Assembly: GCA_964016885.1 (NCBI GenBank)
Contig: OZ024753.1
Coordinates: forward strand, 42,284,001-42,348,000
DNA: 64,000 nucleotides
Direction: 5' to 3'
DNA from: Eledone cirrhosa
Lineage: Eukaryota
In this document: piece by piece, positions 1 through 13,900 of the stretch
How positions within the stretch are numbered: the first letter of the stretch is position 1
How the letters are laid out: the number at the start of each line of letters is the position of its first letter
Program-made: the position numbers and the translations under genes
The notes under the pieces: generated by a model
Seen by the model: the letters and a program-made list of their open reading frames with translations, nothing else
The model's database searches: none
Told to the model about the DNA's origin: nothing

Positions 1-521
1 AAGCATTGTTCCAGCATGCCCACAGTCTAATGTATGACAACTAGTAAAATAGTACTGGGTTAATATGATCAATTATATCAAAGCATTGTTCCAGCATGCC
101 CACAGTCTAATGTATGACAACTAGTAAAATAGTACTGGGTTAATATGATCAATTCAATCAAAGCATTGCTCCAGCATGCCCACAGTCTAATGTATGACAA
201 CTAGTAAAATAGTACTGGGTTAATATGATCAATTATATCAAAGCATTGTTCCAGCATGCCCACAGTCTAATGTATGACAACTAGTAAAATAGTACTGGGT
301 TAATATGATCAATTATATCAAAGCATTGTTCCAGCACGGCCACAGTCTAATGTATGACAACTAGTAAAATAGTACTGGGTTAATATGATCAATTATATCA
401 AAGCATTGTTCCAGCACGGTCACAGTCTAATGTATGACAACTAGTAAAATAGTACTGGGTTAATATGATCAATTCAATCAAAGCATTGCTCCAGCACGGC
501 CACAGTCTAATGTGTGACAAC
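1..521. repeat. 80-bp tandem minisatellite (~6.5 copies), unit resembles a SINE 3' tail
   Basis: The unit aagcattgttccagcatgcccacagtctaatgtatgacaactagtaaaatagtactgggttaatatgatcaattatatca recurs every 80 nt. It resembles the SINE tails at ~52960-53065 and ~42240-42335. Confidence 0.92.
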
Positions 522-567
522 TTATGAGAGTGAGAGCAAGAAGATATTATAAGATGGTGTTACTGAC

Positions 568-1267
568 CTGCCTCATTTGAGATACTGGACAGTTTTTCTC
601 TGATTTCCACCAGAACATATCGTTGGACAGCTTGGAGGACCACACAAGACACAAACGCTGTACAGTAATCTTCCAGGCTTTCAACTGAAATATACACACA
701 CACAAGAAATATTATATATGTATATATACACACACACACACATATATATTTATATACACACACACACACACACACACATAAATATATATATATATATATA
801 TACACACACATATATATATATATAAACGCACACACATATATATATGTATATATACACACACACACACATATATTTATATACACACACACACACATAAATA
901 TATATATATATATATATATGCACACACATATATATATATATAAACGCACACACATATATATATATGTATATACACACACACACACATATATATACACACA
1001 CACACACACATATATACACACACACACATATATATACACACACACATATATATATACACACACACACATATATATATATACACACACACATATATTTATA
1101 TACACACACACATACATATATTTATATACACACACACACATATATATTTATATACACACACATATTTATATACACACACACATATTTATATACACACACA
1201 TATATATATATACACACACACATATTTATATACACACACGCATATATATATATATATACACACACGC

Positions 1268-1300
<33 letters not shown>

Positions 1301-1416
1301 TATATATATACACACACACATATATATATATACACACACACACACATATATATATACACACACATATATATATATATATACACACACATATACACACACA
1401 CATATATATACACACA

Positions 1417-1458
<42 letters not shown>

Positions 1459-1813
1459 TAATAATGAAATTATTGTGTACAGTGCTCAGGTGCACTACAA
1501 CTCATCAAAGGTGTATGTATGGTACATAGAATAATGTACAAATGTCAGGAAAATGAATAGTGTATGAGTCATGATATAATAATAATAATAATAATGAAAT
1601 ATTGTGTACAGTGCCCAAGTGCACCACAACTCATCAAAAAGTGCATGTACAGTACATAGGGCAATGCACAAACATCATATATATATATATATACATACAT
1701 GTGTGTGTTCCCTCATATTTATATTACATATTTGCACTTTATAATCTATATTCTATTTACCCATGCATTCACATAAACTATAGATGGACACATCCCTACT
1801 TATTACAATTAGT

Positions 1814-1880
<67 letters not shown>

Positions 1881-1889
1881 GAGATAGAG

Positions 1890-1936
<47 letters not shown>

Positions 1937-4900
1937 AAGACCATTAGTAATCTGGTAAAAGTCAACCATTGAACCAACTGTGAAAGGAAGGAGCTGATAC
2001 TGGTGAAATACAGCTTGATGACCATGGCTGGCGTCAACTCTGAAGTGTCTGGGAAACAGAAATAAGTGGACTGTTAGTAATATGATCATGTCTGCCATAA
2101 ACCTCATTAATCAAGATGAGAGGAAGACATCGTTGTTGGCGGTGAAGGAATAGCGAACAACAGCCACCAGCACACACACACACACACACACAGAGTGTAG
2201 TGGTTCCTGTACTGTGTTGGAGTCATGATAAAAAGCACCCAGTCCACACTGTAAAGTGGTCATGTTGGTGTCATAACAAATAAATCCCCAGTCCACACTG
2301 TAAAGTGGCCATGTAGGTGTCATGACAAATAAATCCCCAGTCCACACTGTAAAGTGGTCATGTTGGTGTCATGACAAATAAATCGTTAGTCCACACTGTA
2401 AAGTGGTCATGTAGGTGTCATAACAAATAAGTCCCCAGTCCACACTGTAAAATGGTCATGTAGGTGTCATGACAAATAAGTCCCCAGTCCACACTGTAAA
2501 GTGGTCATGTTGGTGTCATGACAAATAAGTCACCAGTCCACACTGTAAAATGGTCATGTAGGTGTCATAACAAATAAGTCCCCAGTCCACACTGTAAAGT
2601 GGTCATGTTGGTGTCATGACAAATAAGTCACCAGTCCACACTGTAAAGTGGTCATGTAGGTGTCATGACAAATAAGTCACCAGTCCATACTGTAAAATGG
2701 TCATGTAGGTGTCATAACAAATAAGTCCACAGTCCACACTGTAAAGTGGTCACGTAGGTGTCATGACAAATAAGTCCCCAGTCCACACTGTAAAGTGGTC
2801 ACGTAGGTGTCACGACAAAATAAGCACCCAGTACTCACTGGAAAGTGGTCGTGTAGGTGTCATGACAAATAAATCCCCAGTCCACACTGTAAAGTGGTCA
2901 TGTTGGTGTCATAACAAATAAATCCCCAGTCCACACTGTAAAGTGGTCACGTAGGTGTCACGACAAAATAAGCACCCAGTACTCACTGTAAAGTGGTCGT
3001 GTAGGTGTCATGACAAAAAAGTCCCCAGTCCAGACTGTGGTGTCATGTATGTATCATGAAAAAAAAAAAGCACCCAGTCCACACTGTAAAGTGGTTGTGT
3101 AGGTGTCATGACAAAAGCACCCAGTTCTCACTGTAAAGTGGTTGTGTAGGTGTCATGATAAAAAGCACCCAGTCCACACTGTAAAGTGGTCGTGTAGGTG
3201 TCATGACAAAAAATCACACAGTCGACACCATGGTTAAACAAATTTAGTTTGTATTACACAGTACCATGAAAAAAAGTGCCCCAAAACGAGGAGAAATTAG
3301 GGAAAATGGGGAGATTTTACACAATGAAAACTATACCCATTTTCACAAGAGAAATCTGTCATCCACGTCAGACGGTGAGAGTCGACAAGTCTGGTTACTA
3401 TTAATATAACTAATATAGTAATACAATTTACTTTGTATTACTATTAGTATTACTAATATAGTAATTTATATAAATAAAATGGTGTCGAAAAACAATGAAA
3501 TAAGTTTTAATAGATTTATTATTTTCTTAATCAAAATGTTCTTGTAAAATAAAACCAGGGATGGTCTTATACGACGGGTGTCCAATAGGCCAGCAAATAT
3601 ATTAGTTCTTGGTGGTGGTATTTCCTTAAAAGATAAAGTCTTCAGATCTGATCTGTGTCACATTTAGATCAACTCCTCTCAAGTCTTATCTTTTCAGAAA
3701 ATACTACCAGTTTAATGTCCTTCAAAACATCGTATTTTATCCTTCCATTACCATATTTTCTAATAAAAGACACTGCCTTTTCAGTTCCAAATAATTTTGA
3801 AAATATTTAAGAACTTGAAGTGATTTACTAATAATATAATTAACTTTCTCGTTATTTAAGTAGATGCTTGGAACATAACAAAAGTCCTTATATGAAATTA
3901 TGATGCGATTTTAGATAAATATAAACACTTTACGATAAACAGTCTGGTATCGTATAACCAAGGACAGTTTCAGACTATTTTGTTACCAAAATAGTTAAAG
4001 ATTTATCTTTACAGGAAATACCAGAGAATTAATCGTAAAATTATTTTCTATTCATTATATTAACTGTTTAAATGTTTACTGACCAAAAGTGTCGCCATAA
4101 AATGGAATAAATTCTTATTATTACACCCGTCTTGAGTTCAAATCCCGCCGAGGTTAGTTTTGCCTTTTCATCTTTACGGGGGAGGTGTAGAGATAAAATA
4201 AAGTACCAGTAATGCATTGGGGTTGATTTAATCGAGTTTTCCCTCCTCCACAAATTGGTGGCCTTGTGTCTAAATCAGAAACCATTATTTCACCAGTCTT
4301 GGTGACGAGTGTAATGAACTTCTCGAGTAGAGGAATCACAGAAGACAATTTCACCACAAGCGAACAGTTCCGTTGATTGAATCAACTTGAACACTGATCA
4401 TCGTCGACACCGACGCCGGTCTATTCTAATTCCGTTAAAATTGATGTTTGGATATAAAATAGCGATACAAACGCCTGAAAAGGTTTTGTAAACTGAACCG
4501 TTTAAAATAATCAATAGATAACTGGAGGGGTGATATTTAAGAAAATACCGTCTCACAGAACAGAAAAATGATCAATTTTTAATATTTTAATTAATTTAAA
4601 TACGAAGAGTCGTCAACGAATTATTAAATATTTTAATACGAGAAAATAAAACCAAGCTTTAACCCTTTTGATACCAAACACCCAGAAACCACCCTGAGTT
4701 CTATCATACAATGTTAGTTATTTTAAAAGAGTCGTTTGAGAGATCACAACTCCGACATTATGGGCATGTGGTTAGAATGTCTCAGGAAAGAATTGCTGGA
4801 CAGATTTTACGGGTAAAACCAACTGGCAGGAGACCCGGGAGTAGACCCTGAGCAAGGTGCTTAGATAACATCCATGAGCTTGTCTGGTTACGTTTGGGGA

Positions 4901-7013
4901 TCCAACCGGATCAGTTGGAGACAGTTACTTCTGGCAGGACCCGCTGGAAGAAGTGTTTGAGGACTCTGCCCCAACGACCCTCTCAGGAATAAGTGGGAGA
5001 AGAAGAAGAAGAAGAGTCGTTTGAACATTGGATAGAATGATTTGTGATATTTATTGCGGTTCTCAGTATTCTGAGTTTCATCAAATCTCATCGAGGTTAC
5101 TTTGGCCTTTTTCTTCCCAGATCGATAAATACAGTACAAATCCAACACTGAGTCAATTCTTCCTCTATAACTGTTTCCAACTTTATCTCTCTCACTTTCA
5201 TTTCCCCCATAAAGGTATGAGCTATATTTATATCTTCGCTAGTTATATCACAACGGTGCCCCTACGACTCTATGAAGAGTTAAACGTCTAAATGTAATAT
5301 TTATCTAAAACAAACAAACAAAATAACCCCTCTTTCATCATAATTTTATGTAAGAACCTATGTCAAGTTATATTCCAAACACGAACTTAAAAATGAGAAA
5401 ATTAGTTATTACTAAATTAGATATTACTAAATCCCTCTAATTTCTTGATTATTTTCAAAATTATTGCCATTTTGTCCGTGGGGCACGGCCGAGGCACTGC
5501 TCAGACGAGGGTAGGGTTGTGTTTATCCTTTTTCATTTCTTTCGTCGCTTGATCTTTTTTCTACTTCCTCTTCTGTTTCCTTTAATAGTGTGTTTTATTT
5601 TTATTAAATACTGCTCAATTATTTGTATATAATGTCAATGACCTTTCATGGCATTGTGAGATGTTCTTGGCAGTGCCTTCCGTTAGAAATATGATAACGA
5701 AAAGGTTAATAAACAAATAAACAGAGGTAATATACTAAAATGGCTTTTTACTTTTAATTTTTTTTTTCGTGTATTGAAGTTTAGCAGAAATATTTTTAAT
5801 TTTTCTCGAATTCTTTATTAAATACAGCAAATGGATTATGAATCTTATTCAATAATAACTAACACATGGATAGCTACTGAGTTACTTAAAATAAATGTAT
5901 GAAAGGTATGGTCCTATACCATACACGAGGGAGTTGTAGGCGTGCCATATTGACATATGGTGTACCGAGGGTATTTTTTAAAACCTGGCAGAGTCCATCT
6001 CCTCTTCAGGTCTGAATACAGCAAATGTCTTCAAGAGACATTTAGATAGAGAGTAAGATAGTGAGTAACAGAATGGAAGTGAGAAAGGGATATAGAGGAA
6101 GAATCAACCTCAGTACTAGACTGGTACTTTTTTTTATCGACCTCGAAAGGATGAAAAGCAAAGTTGACTTCGGTGGGATTTGAACTCAAAGAGAAGAGAG
6201 TTGGAATGAAAACCACAAACAATTCGTCGCCTCTATTACAGTTGACCACGGTGGGATTTGAACTTAGAGAGCCACAAATCATTCCACCCGGAGTTCTAAC
6301 GACTCTGTCATTTCTAGCAAACAGCAGATGTTCAAATGTTAAAATGTCATTTAACAGCGCTGGAAAAATTCCAATGCTATGTTAATTATTAATTGAGATT
6401 TCTTTTTATCAGGCCAAGCCAGGCCAAGCTAAGAGAGGAGAAAAATACCATTTAACACACATAGACACACTGTGTGGTATCGTGGTGTAATTAATTAATT
6501 CTACAATAGGTAGGTCCATTTAGTAAGCAATATAATATATCATTTTAAAACGATCGACAGTAATTGTATACAACAGGACAATAATAGTATGCATCAAGCT
6601 GGTTAGTGTGACATGGTGACAAAATAGACATAAGGTTAGTTTAAGATTAGTTTTTTAAAAAACCAACCTATGCTAGCTTTGTACTATCTTCTAAGACCAC
6701 CTTGTACTATGTGGCAATGTAGATATATTTATATTTACATAGATTATCAAAAGATTTAATTTGCAATAAGAAAGTAAGTAATGAGTGGGGAATATAAAAT
6801 AAACAAGAAGAAAATATAAATAGAAAGAGAAAATGTTTCTTCTCCAATTTCAAAGCCATACAACTGTCCGTCGTTTCTCTCAGATTTAAGTAATATAAAC
6901 ATGTTTGTTTACTTAACATTAATTAGTTCCAATATACTTCTCTCTCTCTCCCTTACTATCTCTCTTTTTCTTACTCTCTCTATCCCTTTCTTACTCTCTC
7001 CGTCTGTATGTAT

Positions 7014-7046
<33 letters not shown>

Positions 7047-7420
7047 GGGATATATATATATAAGTATATATAAGTATATATATGTGTGTGTGTGTGCGTG
7101 CGTGTATATATATATATATATATGTGTGTGTGGGGATATATATATATATATAAGTATATATATGTGTGTGTGTGTATATGTGCGTGCGTGTGTATATAAA
7201 GGTGGTAGTAATGAAAATAACAATTACATTGTTTCCTCCACAGTCTTCATTCATAACTTGACTAGTGTACACACACACACACACACACACTTATTATAAG
7301 AACTGCAGGCCCTACAGCAAAGCTTAAACCGTTTCTGTGCTTAACCATAGCACCTATATCTCTAATATTTACATTACCATCCTTAGAGTTGATTAACGGT
7401 ATTACTAGTCTCAGATCTTA

Positions 7421-7484
<64 letters not shown>

Positions 7485-7615
7485 GTTATGTAATAAACAA
7501 CATAAGATAATTATTTCATTTACCAGTGGTTTCTTGAAAGCAAACAAAATTTGCTTTCAGTCATCAGAATGAAAAAATCCTGGTGTATTTATTGACAATG
7601 GATTTTAAAAACAAA

Positions 7616-7696
<81 letters not shown>

Positions 7697-7757
7697 TATA
7701 TATAAATATATATATATATATTAATATATATATATATATAAATATATATATTAATAT

Positions 7758-7794
<37 letters not shown>

Positions 7795-8028
7795 AATATA
7801 TATATAAATATATATATATATATTAATATATATATAAATATATATATTAATATATATATATATATATATAAATATATATTAATATATATATATAAATATA
7901 TATATTAATATATATATATAAATATATATATAAATATAAATATATAAATGACAATACATAGCAGAGTATAAATATTTAAAATAGAAATGGCTTCTACAGG
8001 ACTAGAACTGTTTCATCCGGGAGAAATC

Positions 8029-8061
<33 letters not shown>

Positions 8062-8183
8062 CAAAGGAATTGTGGTAAGGAAGCAGATGGACCATAACGC
8101 ACAGAGTACTCAATACTTAGGGTAGTAGAGTGGGAAATAGGAAAAAAGTATGACCCCGACGGCAGAGCTCAAGCCGTTTCGAC

Positions 8184-8217
<34 letters not shown>

Positions 8218-9589
8218 AAGAGGGTTATTGACATAACAATTAGTCACATTACGATAAACATTTTGTCATTATTTGCCTTTCATCGTTACGAGGATCGATA
8301 AAACAAAGTACCAGTAACGTACTGGGGTCGATTTAATCGACTTTCCCCTCTCCCCAAATCTTTTGGCCTTGTATCCAAATCAGAAACCATTATTATTATC
8401 ATTTACCAGTAATACACTGGGCAATTGCTGGCCTTGTGCCAAAAGTAGAAACAATTATTATTATCATCATTTACCTTTCATCCTTACGGGGAAGAGGGGT
8501 CGGTAAAATAAAGTACCAGCAATGTACTGGGGTCGATTTAATTGACTTTCCTCTCCCCTTCAAATTGCTGACCTTGTGCCAAAAGTAGAAACACTTATAT
8601 AATAATAATAATGAAATTATTGTCTACAGTGCTCAGGTGCACTACAACCCTTACGGGGGTGGGGGTCAATAAAATAAAGTACCAGCAATGTACTGGTGTC
8701 GATTTAATTGACTTTCCTCTCCCCTTCAAAATTGCTGGCCTTGTGCCTAAAGTAGAAACGCTTATTATTATTAATTAACAACATCATGTGTTAGTATTTC
8801 CATTTCTAAATCTATTTTCACAGTAATTAGACATCGTTGTTATTCTCACTAGTGTTGAGGTTGGCAATGAAAAAGAAAGATGTTATCGCTACTGCTATGT
8901 TACCTGGGTAGTTTCTTCTGATAAGAAATCGATGGATTTTTTTGTTTTGGGGTATTTTTTTCCCAATCACAGAAACTATATTAAGATTATCTTTCTAATG
9001 AAAGACGTTCTGGCCATGATCAAAATCAATTAAAAAATATTAATAATTCTTGTTGTTGGTTTATTTAGTTCGAGATCTGAGGCGCTCTAGCCATGACTGT
9101 CTCGTCAATTTTGCGGGTATTTAAACCTGTATTATTATTATCAAGTGTCTTTATCCCCGTTTTTTCTGTTTTTTTCTTAAAGTGTATAGGTATAATTTGA
9201 ATGGATTTGGTTGCTATTTCTAGCTGTTGATGTAAACACGTAAAATCTCCCCCTCTTTGGTTCAATGTAGCTATATTATTGTATTTTTATTTTATATTGG
9301 AAATTTTTGGATCGCTTCAAGCCTAAGTATTGCTATGGTAACGGTTAAGACTACTACATCAACCTGTAAGGTGGAACACATTATTCAACCCTCGCAGAAA
9401 CAAAAAAATTGACATCTTCATCAAATGTTTTTTTTTCTTGAAAAAGGAAGAAAAAGAAAAATGTTGATAAAACGACAGTTATAGAACGATATAAATAAGA
9501 AATAAAGAATGGTATTTGAAAAAAAATATATATATATATATATATACATATATATATGAATTATAGATCTTACCATTTTCCAGTTCCAT
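568..9589 (-). CDS. Probable 5' coding exons of an AKAP-like gene (PKA-RII-binding helix), continuing past the left edge
   Basis: Exon 568-684 (117 nt, tttcag|...gcag|gtcagt, phase 1-1) encodes (V)[38 protein letters not shown], which resembles the AKAP7 helix LVENAVLKAVQQY. A putative start exon at 9574-9589 (ATG GAA CTG GAA AAT G|gtaaga) is phase-compatible. Joining the two is inference. Confidence 0.45.
690..1460. repeat. Compound (TA)n/(CA)n microsatellite ending in (AAT)n
   Basis: Directly visible. It generates the spurious [14 protein letters not shown] ORFs. Confidence 0.97.
1817..1932. repeat. (GTA)n(GA)n microsatellite
   Basis: Directly visible. Confidence 0.95.
2230..3230. repeat. 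49-bp minisatellite (~20 copies) derived from a SINE-internal segment
   Basis: Unit ccagtccacactgtaaagtggtcatgtaggtgtcatgacaaataaatcc. It is a reverse-complement homologue of the 48-bp unit at 20805-24654. Confidence 0.9.
7514..7574 (-). ncRNA. Type I hammerhead ribozyme motif in a (TA)n-flanked element
   Basis: Minus strand reads uuucauu CUGAUGA c-ugaaagcaaa-uuuug-uuugcuuuca-a GAAA cc-acu-gg UA aaugaaa. This gives a 7-bp stem I, 10-bp stem II, short stem III and a GUA cleavage triplet. Confidence 0.85.
7620..7930. repeat. Long degenerate (TA)n tract
   Basis: Directly visible. Confidence 0.95.
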
Positions 9590-10259
9590 ATCGCAATCTG
9601 TAGGAAATGCTATGCTAAGGTGATGAGATGTGATACTATATGAAGTCTGATGTGATGTGTTGTGTTGTGTGAAGAGAGAGAACAGGTTACAGTGAGCCAA
9701 TTAGAATAAGGAAGCTATCACTAGAAATTCTTGACAAACGACTGGAAGAGAGAGAGAGAGAGAGAGGCTGTGTTTTTGTAAGAGAAAGAGTGTGTGTGTA
9801 AGTGTGAGAGAAAGAGATTGTGTGTGTGTCTACAGCTGCTGTTTGGAAAGCATGGTTGTTATTGTCAGCCGATTGTGAATTGTCTCCCTTTATATTACCC
9901 CCCCCCCCCACACACACACACCTAGGCTTGTAGCAGGCTCGAGGCTACAGTTAGGGTTAACTTGGCAAAAAACAACAAAAAACAAAAAACAAAAAAATGA
10001 AAGTAACGTAAGTCACACAAAAGAGTAAACAGCTAAGGGAGAGGGAGCAACAGACTCTACTCCTTAGTCTAGGCTGTATGACTGCTGGGCACCATTGACA
10101 AAATGACAATAGTATTGTTATGGAGAACAGCCAGCATTACCTGCTGTATGAACCTCTCCACCTCACAGAGACTGAGGACACCAGAAGGAATAACTCAGTC
10201 AAGTGTATAATATAATTAAATATATAATAATTTTCTGTGAGCAATAAATGAATCATAAA

Positions 10260-10970
10260 ATACCCAGGCACACATAGTAGAGCTAGCCTAGGGTGCTAAA
10301 TACCCAGGTACACATAGTAGAGCTAGACTAGGGTGCTAAATACCCAGGTACACATAGTAGAGCTAGCCTAGGGTGCTAAATACCCAGGTACACATAGTAG
10401 AGCTAGCCTAGGGTGCTAAATACCCAGGTACACATAGTAGAGCTAGACTAGGGTGCTAAATACCCAGGTACACATAGTAGAGCTAGCCTAGGGTGCTAAA
10501 TACCCAGGTACACATAGTAGAGCTAGCCTAGGGTGCTAAATACCCAGGTACACATAGTAGAGCTAGACTAGGGAGCTAAATACCCAGGTACACATAGTAG
10601 AGCTAGCCTAGGGTGCTAAATACCCAGGTACACATAGTAGAGCTAGCCTAGGGTGCTAAATACCCAGGTACACATAGTAGAGCTAGCCTAGGGTGCTACA
10701 TACCCAGGTACACATAGTAGAGCTAGCCTAGGGTGCTAAATACCCAGGTACACATAGTAGAGCTAGCCTAGGGTGCTAAATACCCAGGTACACATAGTAG
10801 AGCTAGCCTAGGGTGCTAAATACCCAGGTACATATAGTAGAGCTAGCCTAGGGTGCTAAATACCCAGGTACACATAGTAGAGCTAGACTAGGGAGCTAAA
10901 TACCCAGGTACACATTGTACACTAAATACCCAGGTACATGTAGAGATAGCCTAGGGTACTAAATACATTC
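10260..10970. repeat. 40-bp minisatellite (~17 copies)
   Basis: Unit tacccaggtacacatagtagagctagcctagggtgctaaa, with near-identical copies. Confidence 0.95.
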
Positions 10971-13900
10971 ATCAATATTGTAGAGATAGTCTAGGGTGTT
11001 AAATAACCCCACTGTCCCTGTCTTTTTGTATTGTCCCCTATATATAGACACTTGTGGCCAATAAAGAAAGAATTATTCTTTTTTTCTTTACCAATGTCAA
11101 TGTGTTTAATTTATACTTACACCCTCCTCCTCTAGCTCCCCCACCCTCCTCCTCTTTACACATTTCTGAACTGAATCTTGTGTACTTTATTACTGCTTTT
11201 GTCTAATGTAACGTTCCGGCAAGTGAATTAACCTTTACCGAGACCAGAAATACCAACACAACGAGACTCGTCGACACAAATCCAGCAGAAAATTACTACA
11301 CAGAAGTAGGAGGTCTACTCAAATATAAATTTGACATTTATATTGAGAACACAATGCCAAGTTTTACAGTCAGTTAGTCAAAACAAATATTATTTATTTT
11401 CTTCAACAACTTTGCCATCATAATATTTCAATTGATTCCATACAAGTTAATGGAGCATGTTTACTAAATAACTTCAATGTTAGGCAAAAGAAGTTTTTGA
11501 GACAGAGTAGCTACACCAGGACATACTGGTGACTTATACTTAGCTAACTCTCTCTCTCATTCATAATAGAATAATTGTTACTATTTTTGGCACAAGGCCA
11601 GCAATTACTCCAGTGTATTACTGGTACTTTTATTTTTTTTGACTCCGCAAGGATGAAAGGTAAAGCTAACCTTGGCGAGATTTGAACATAGAGTGTTAAG
11701 AGCCATAACTCTATGTCACAATGCATTGTGTCCGATGCTCTACTGATTCCTGCCACTCCATAATAACAGTAGTAGTATAGGGCCCCTTTTTAACAAATAA
11801 AATAATTTCAACTTAGTTTTGTAATTAAGCCTGCATTTCACACTACAGTCCACATTCACCCACAATGACAGGTTATGGTTATTTTTTTAAAATTCTTTAT
11901 TTTCTTTACCAATGACAACGTCAGTCTAATTCATACGTTTACACACACACACACATATAATTGAGGCATGTAGATATAGGCAAGACATAAAGTAGAGGTG
12001 AATTTTGGCTAGGGACATATTGAGCAGGAAACCCAAATAATGGATGTACCTTTCAGTTAGAGACTACCACCATTTTAAGGTTCGTTTTGCTTTCCTTCAT
12101 CATCTCTATGGTTTAATTTCCTGAGGTTTCCACTTCATCCCATCTTTTCCTAGGTCTTCCTCTTCCACCACCGCAATCTTCTCTCTTGCAGAACTAAATC
12201 TCATTCCTGTTATACCTATTCTTTCTCTTAGTACCCAGTTTTATTTTGTTGCCTTTTATTTTCTTCAGCTTGTTTTTGCTCCATAAATTCCTGCACACTA
12301 ACATTACATATTAACTGGAACCACTGGAGCATATCAATTTCATTTCTTTCTCCTCTCTGTCAATCTCCATAGGTTAAGTAAATGGCATATAAGAACAGAG
12401 CAAGTCGTGTTATAAAGATGGCAGCAGTAAAGAGAGGGTTGGCAATGAGTTCAGTGAGGAATCTATTCTGAAAGGTGTCTATCAAGGCTCAGTGCCTTCA
12501 ATTTATAATTGTTCTCTTGACCATAACAGAAGTTTAAGACCAACTGTCTATAGGGACTCCTCATTATTTTACAGTGTGCTGGCTACATTTTATCATGGCA
12601 CTGAAACTACTGTCTCACGGTGTAAACTGGGTGCTTTTTGTCGTGTCACCAGCACAACCACTTTACAGTGTGGACTGGGTGTTTTTTGTCGTGTCACCAG
12701 CACCACTTTACAGTGTAGACTGGGTGCTTTTTTTCGTTTCACTAGCACAACCACTTTATAGCTCAGAAGACTCCATAAGAAATTGTTGATAGCTTCTGTT
12801 ATACAGGTAACCTAATTAGCAGTAGAGGTAGGTTTTCTAAATAAGTGTAGAAGTCCTAGATAGACAATGTCTGGGGAGGAGGTGATGGGGTAAGCATATC
12901 TGGAGTGATTTTCATCACAAGTCTGCTCAATTGAAACTGATCTGGTACACAATTTTGCTTAATTTCAGCATCTAAACTATCCTGAATACCTGTCTCTTAC
13001 CTGTATTTTTATGGTGTGAGTTCCTTTTGGGAAATGATGCAACACACACACAAAAAAAGAAAACTAAGTCTTGAAAAAATTGAGAAATGAGTCGAGCGAG
13101 AAATATACAGAGTTAATTCCCTTAGATGAATCAACCGGCATCACATTTTTCTCAGTAATTTTGACAAAAGGTAAATATTTAAAGTTAGTAGATACATTCC
13201 TACTATGAGATACTCAGTTAAAAGAAGTACATATCATCATCACCACCATTTAAAGTCTATTTTCCATGGTTGCATGGTGTAGACGAGGTCACCCACGTCA
13301 TGAGACAAGTCTAGCCATGTACAGAACTGTATTTTAGCTGGGAGCCCTTCCTAATACCAACACTATCATATAAAATGACAAAAGAAAACATTTGAGTATT
13401 TGATAGGTTTTATTTTAACAGATTATACATTTATTATTATTCTATAGTGTACTGTCAATAAGGAATCATACAAATACAATTTTATAAGTGTTTTAACAAT
13501 CAACAATATTTGTTTTTTAATTTAACAGCCAATTAATTAAGTGAATGTAAGCAAAAAGTAATAATAATACTTTGAATGAAAATGCAAGCGTTTCTAATTA
13601 TATTTTCTTAATTCAATGTATACATTTATAATTTAATATATCGAAAAAATGTATTCTCCAAACAATCTTTGTTTAATAATATATTTTTAAAATAATTTTT
13701 TACTCTGCTCTTTAGAAAGCAAGACAATAAGATTTACATTTCCCAATCAGGGTAGATTAAGCCTGCAATGGGGTCCCTGGTTGCAAATATAATTGGGACC
13801 CTTGCATATTATTTATGGTAGCAAAATATTGTGTGGGTCCCTAACTAAAACTGAGTCAGTCCCTCTCCCCCAAACTGCCACTGTTCCCACTGTGTGGGTA

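Noticed and set aside
690-1530. Long ORFs of YI/HT/CV dipeptides (also at 6.9-7.3, 15.6-16.3 and 26.2-26.5 kb)
   Set aside because: These are translations of (TA)n/(CA)n microsatellites.
1940-2048. Possible extra minus-strand exon ([14 protein letters not shown]...)
   Set aside because: The acceptor is plausible, but there is no convincing phase-compatible donor and no recognisable homology.
4292-4475. CpG-containing minus-strand segment with acceptor- and donor-like ends
   Set aside because: It has stop codons in all three frames. It could be a UTR exon, but this is unsupported.
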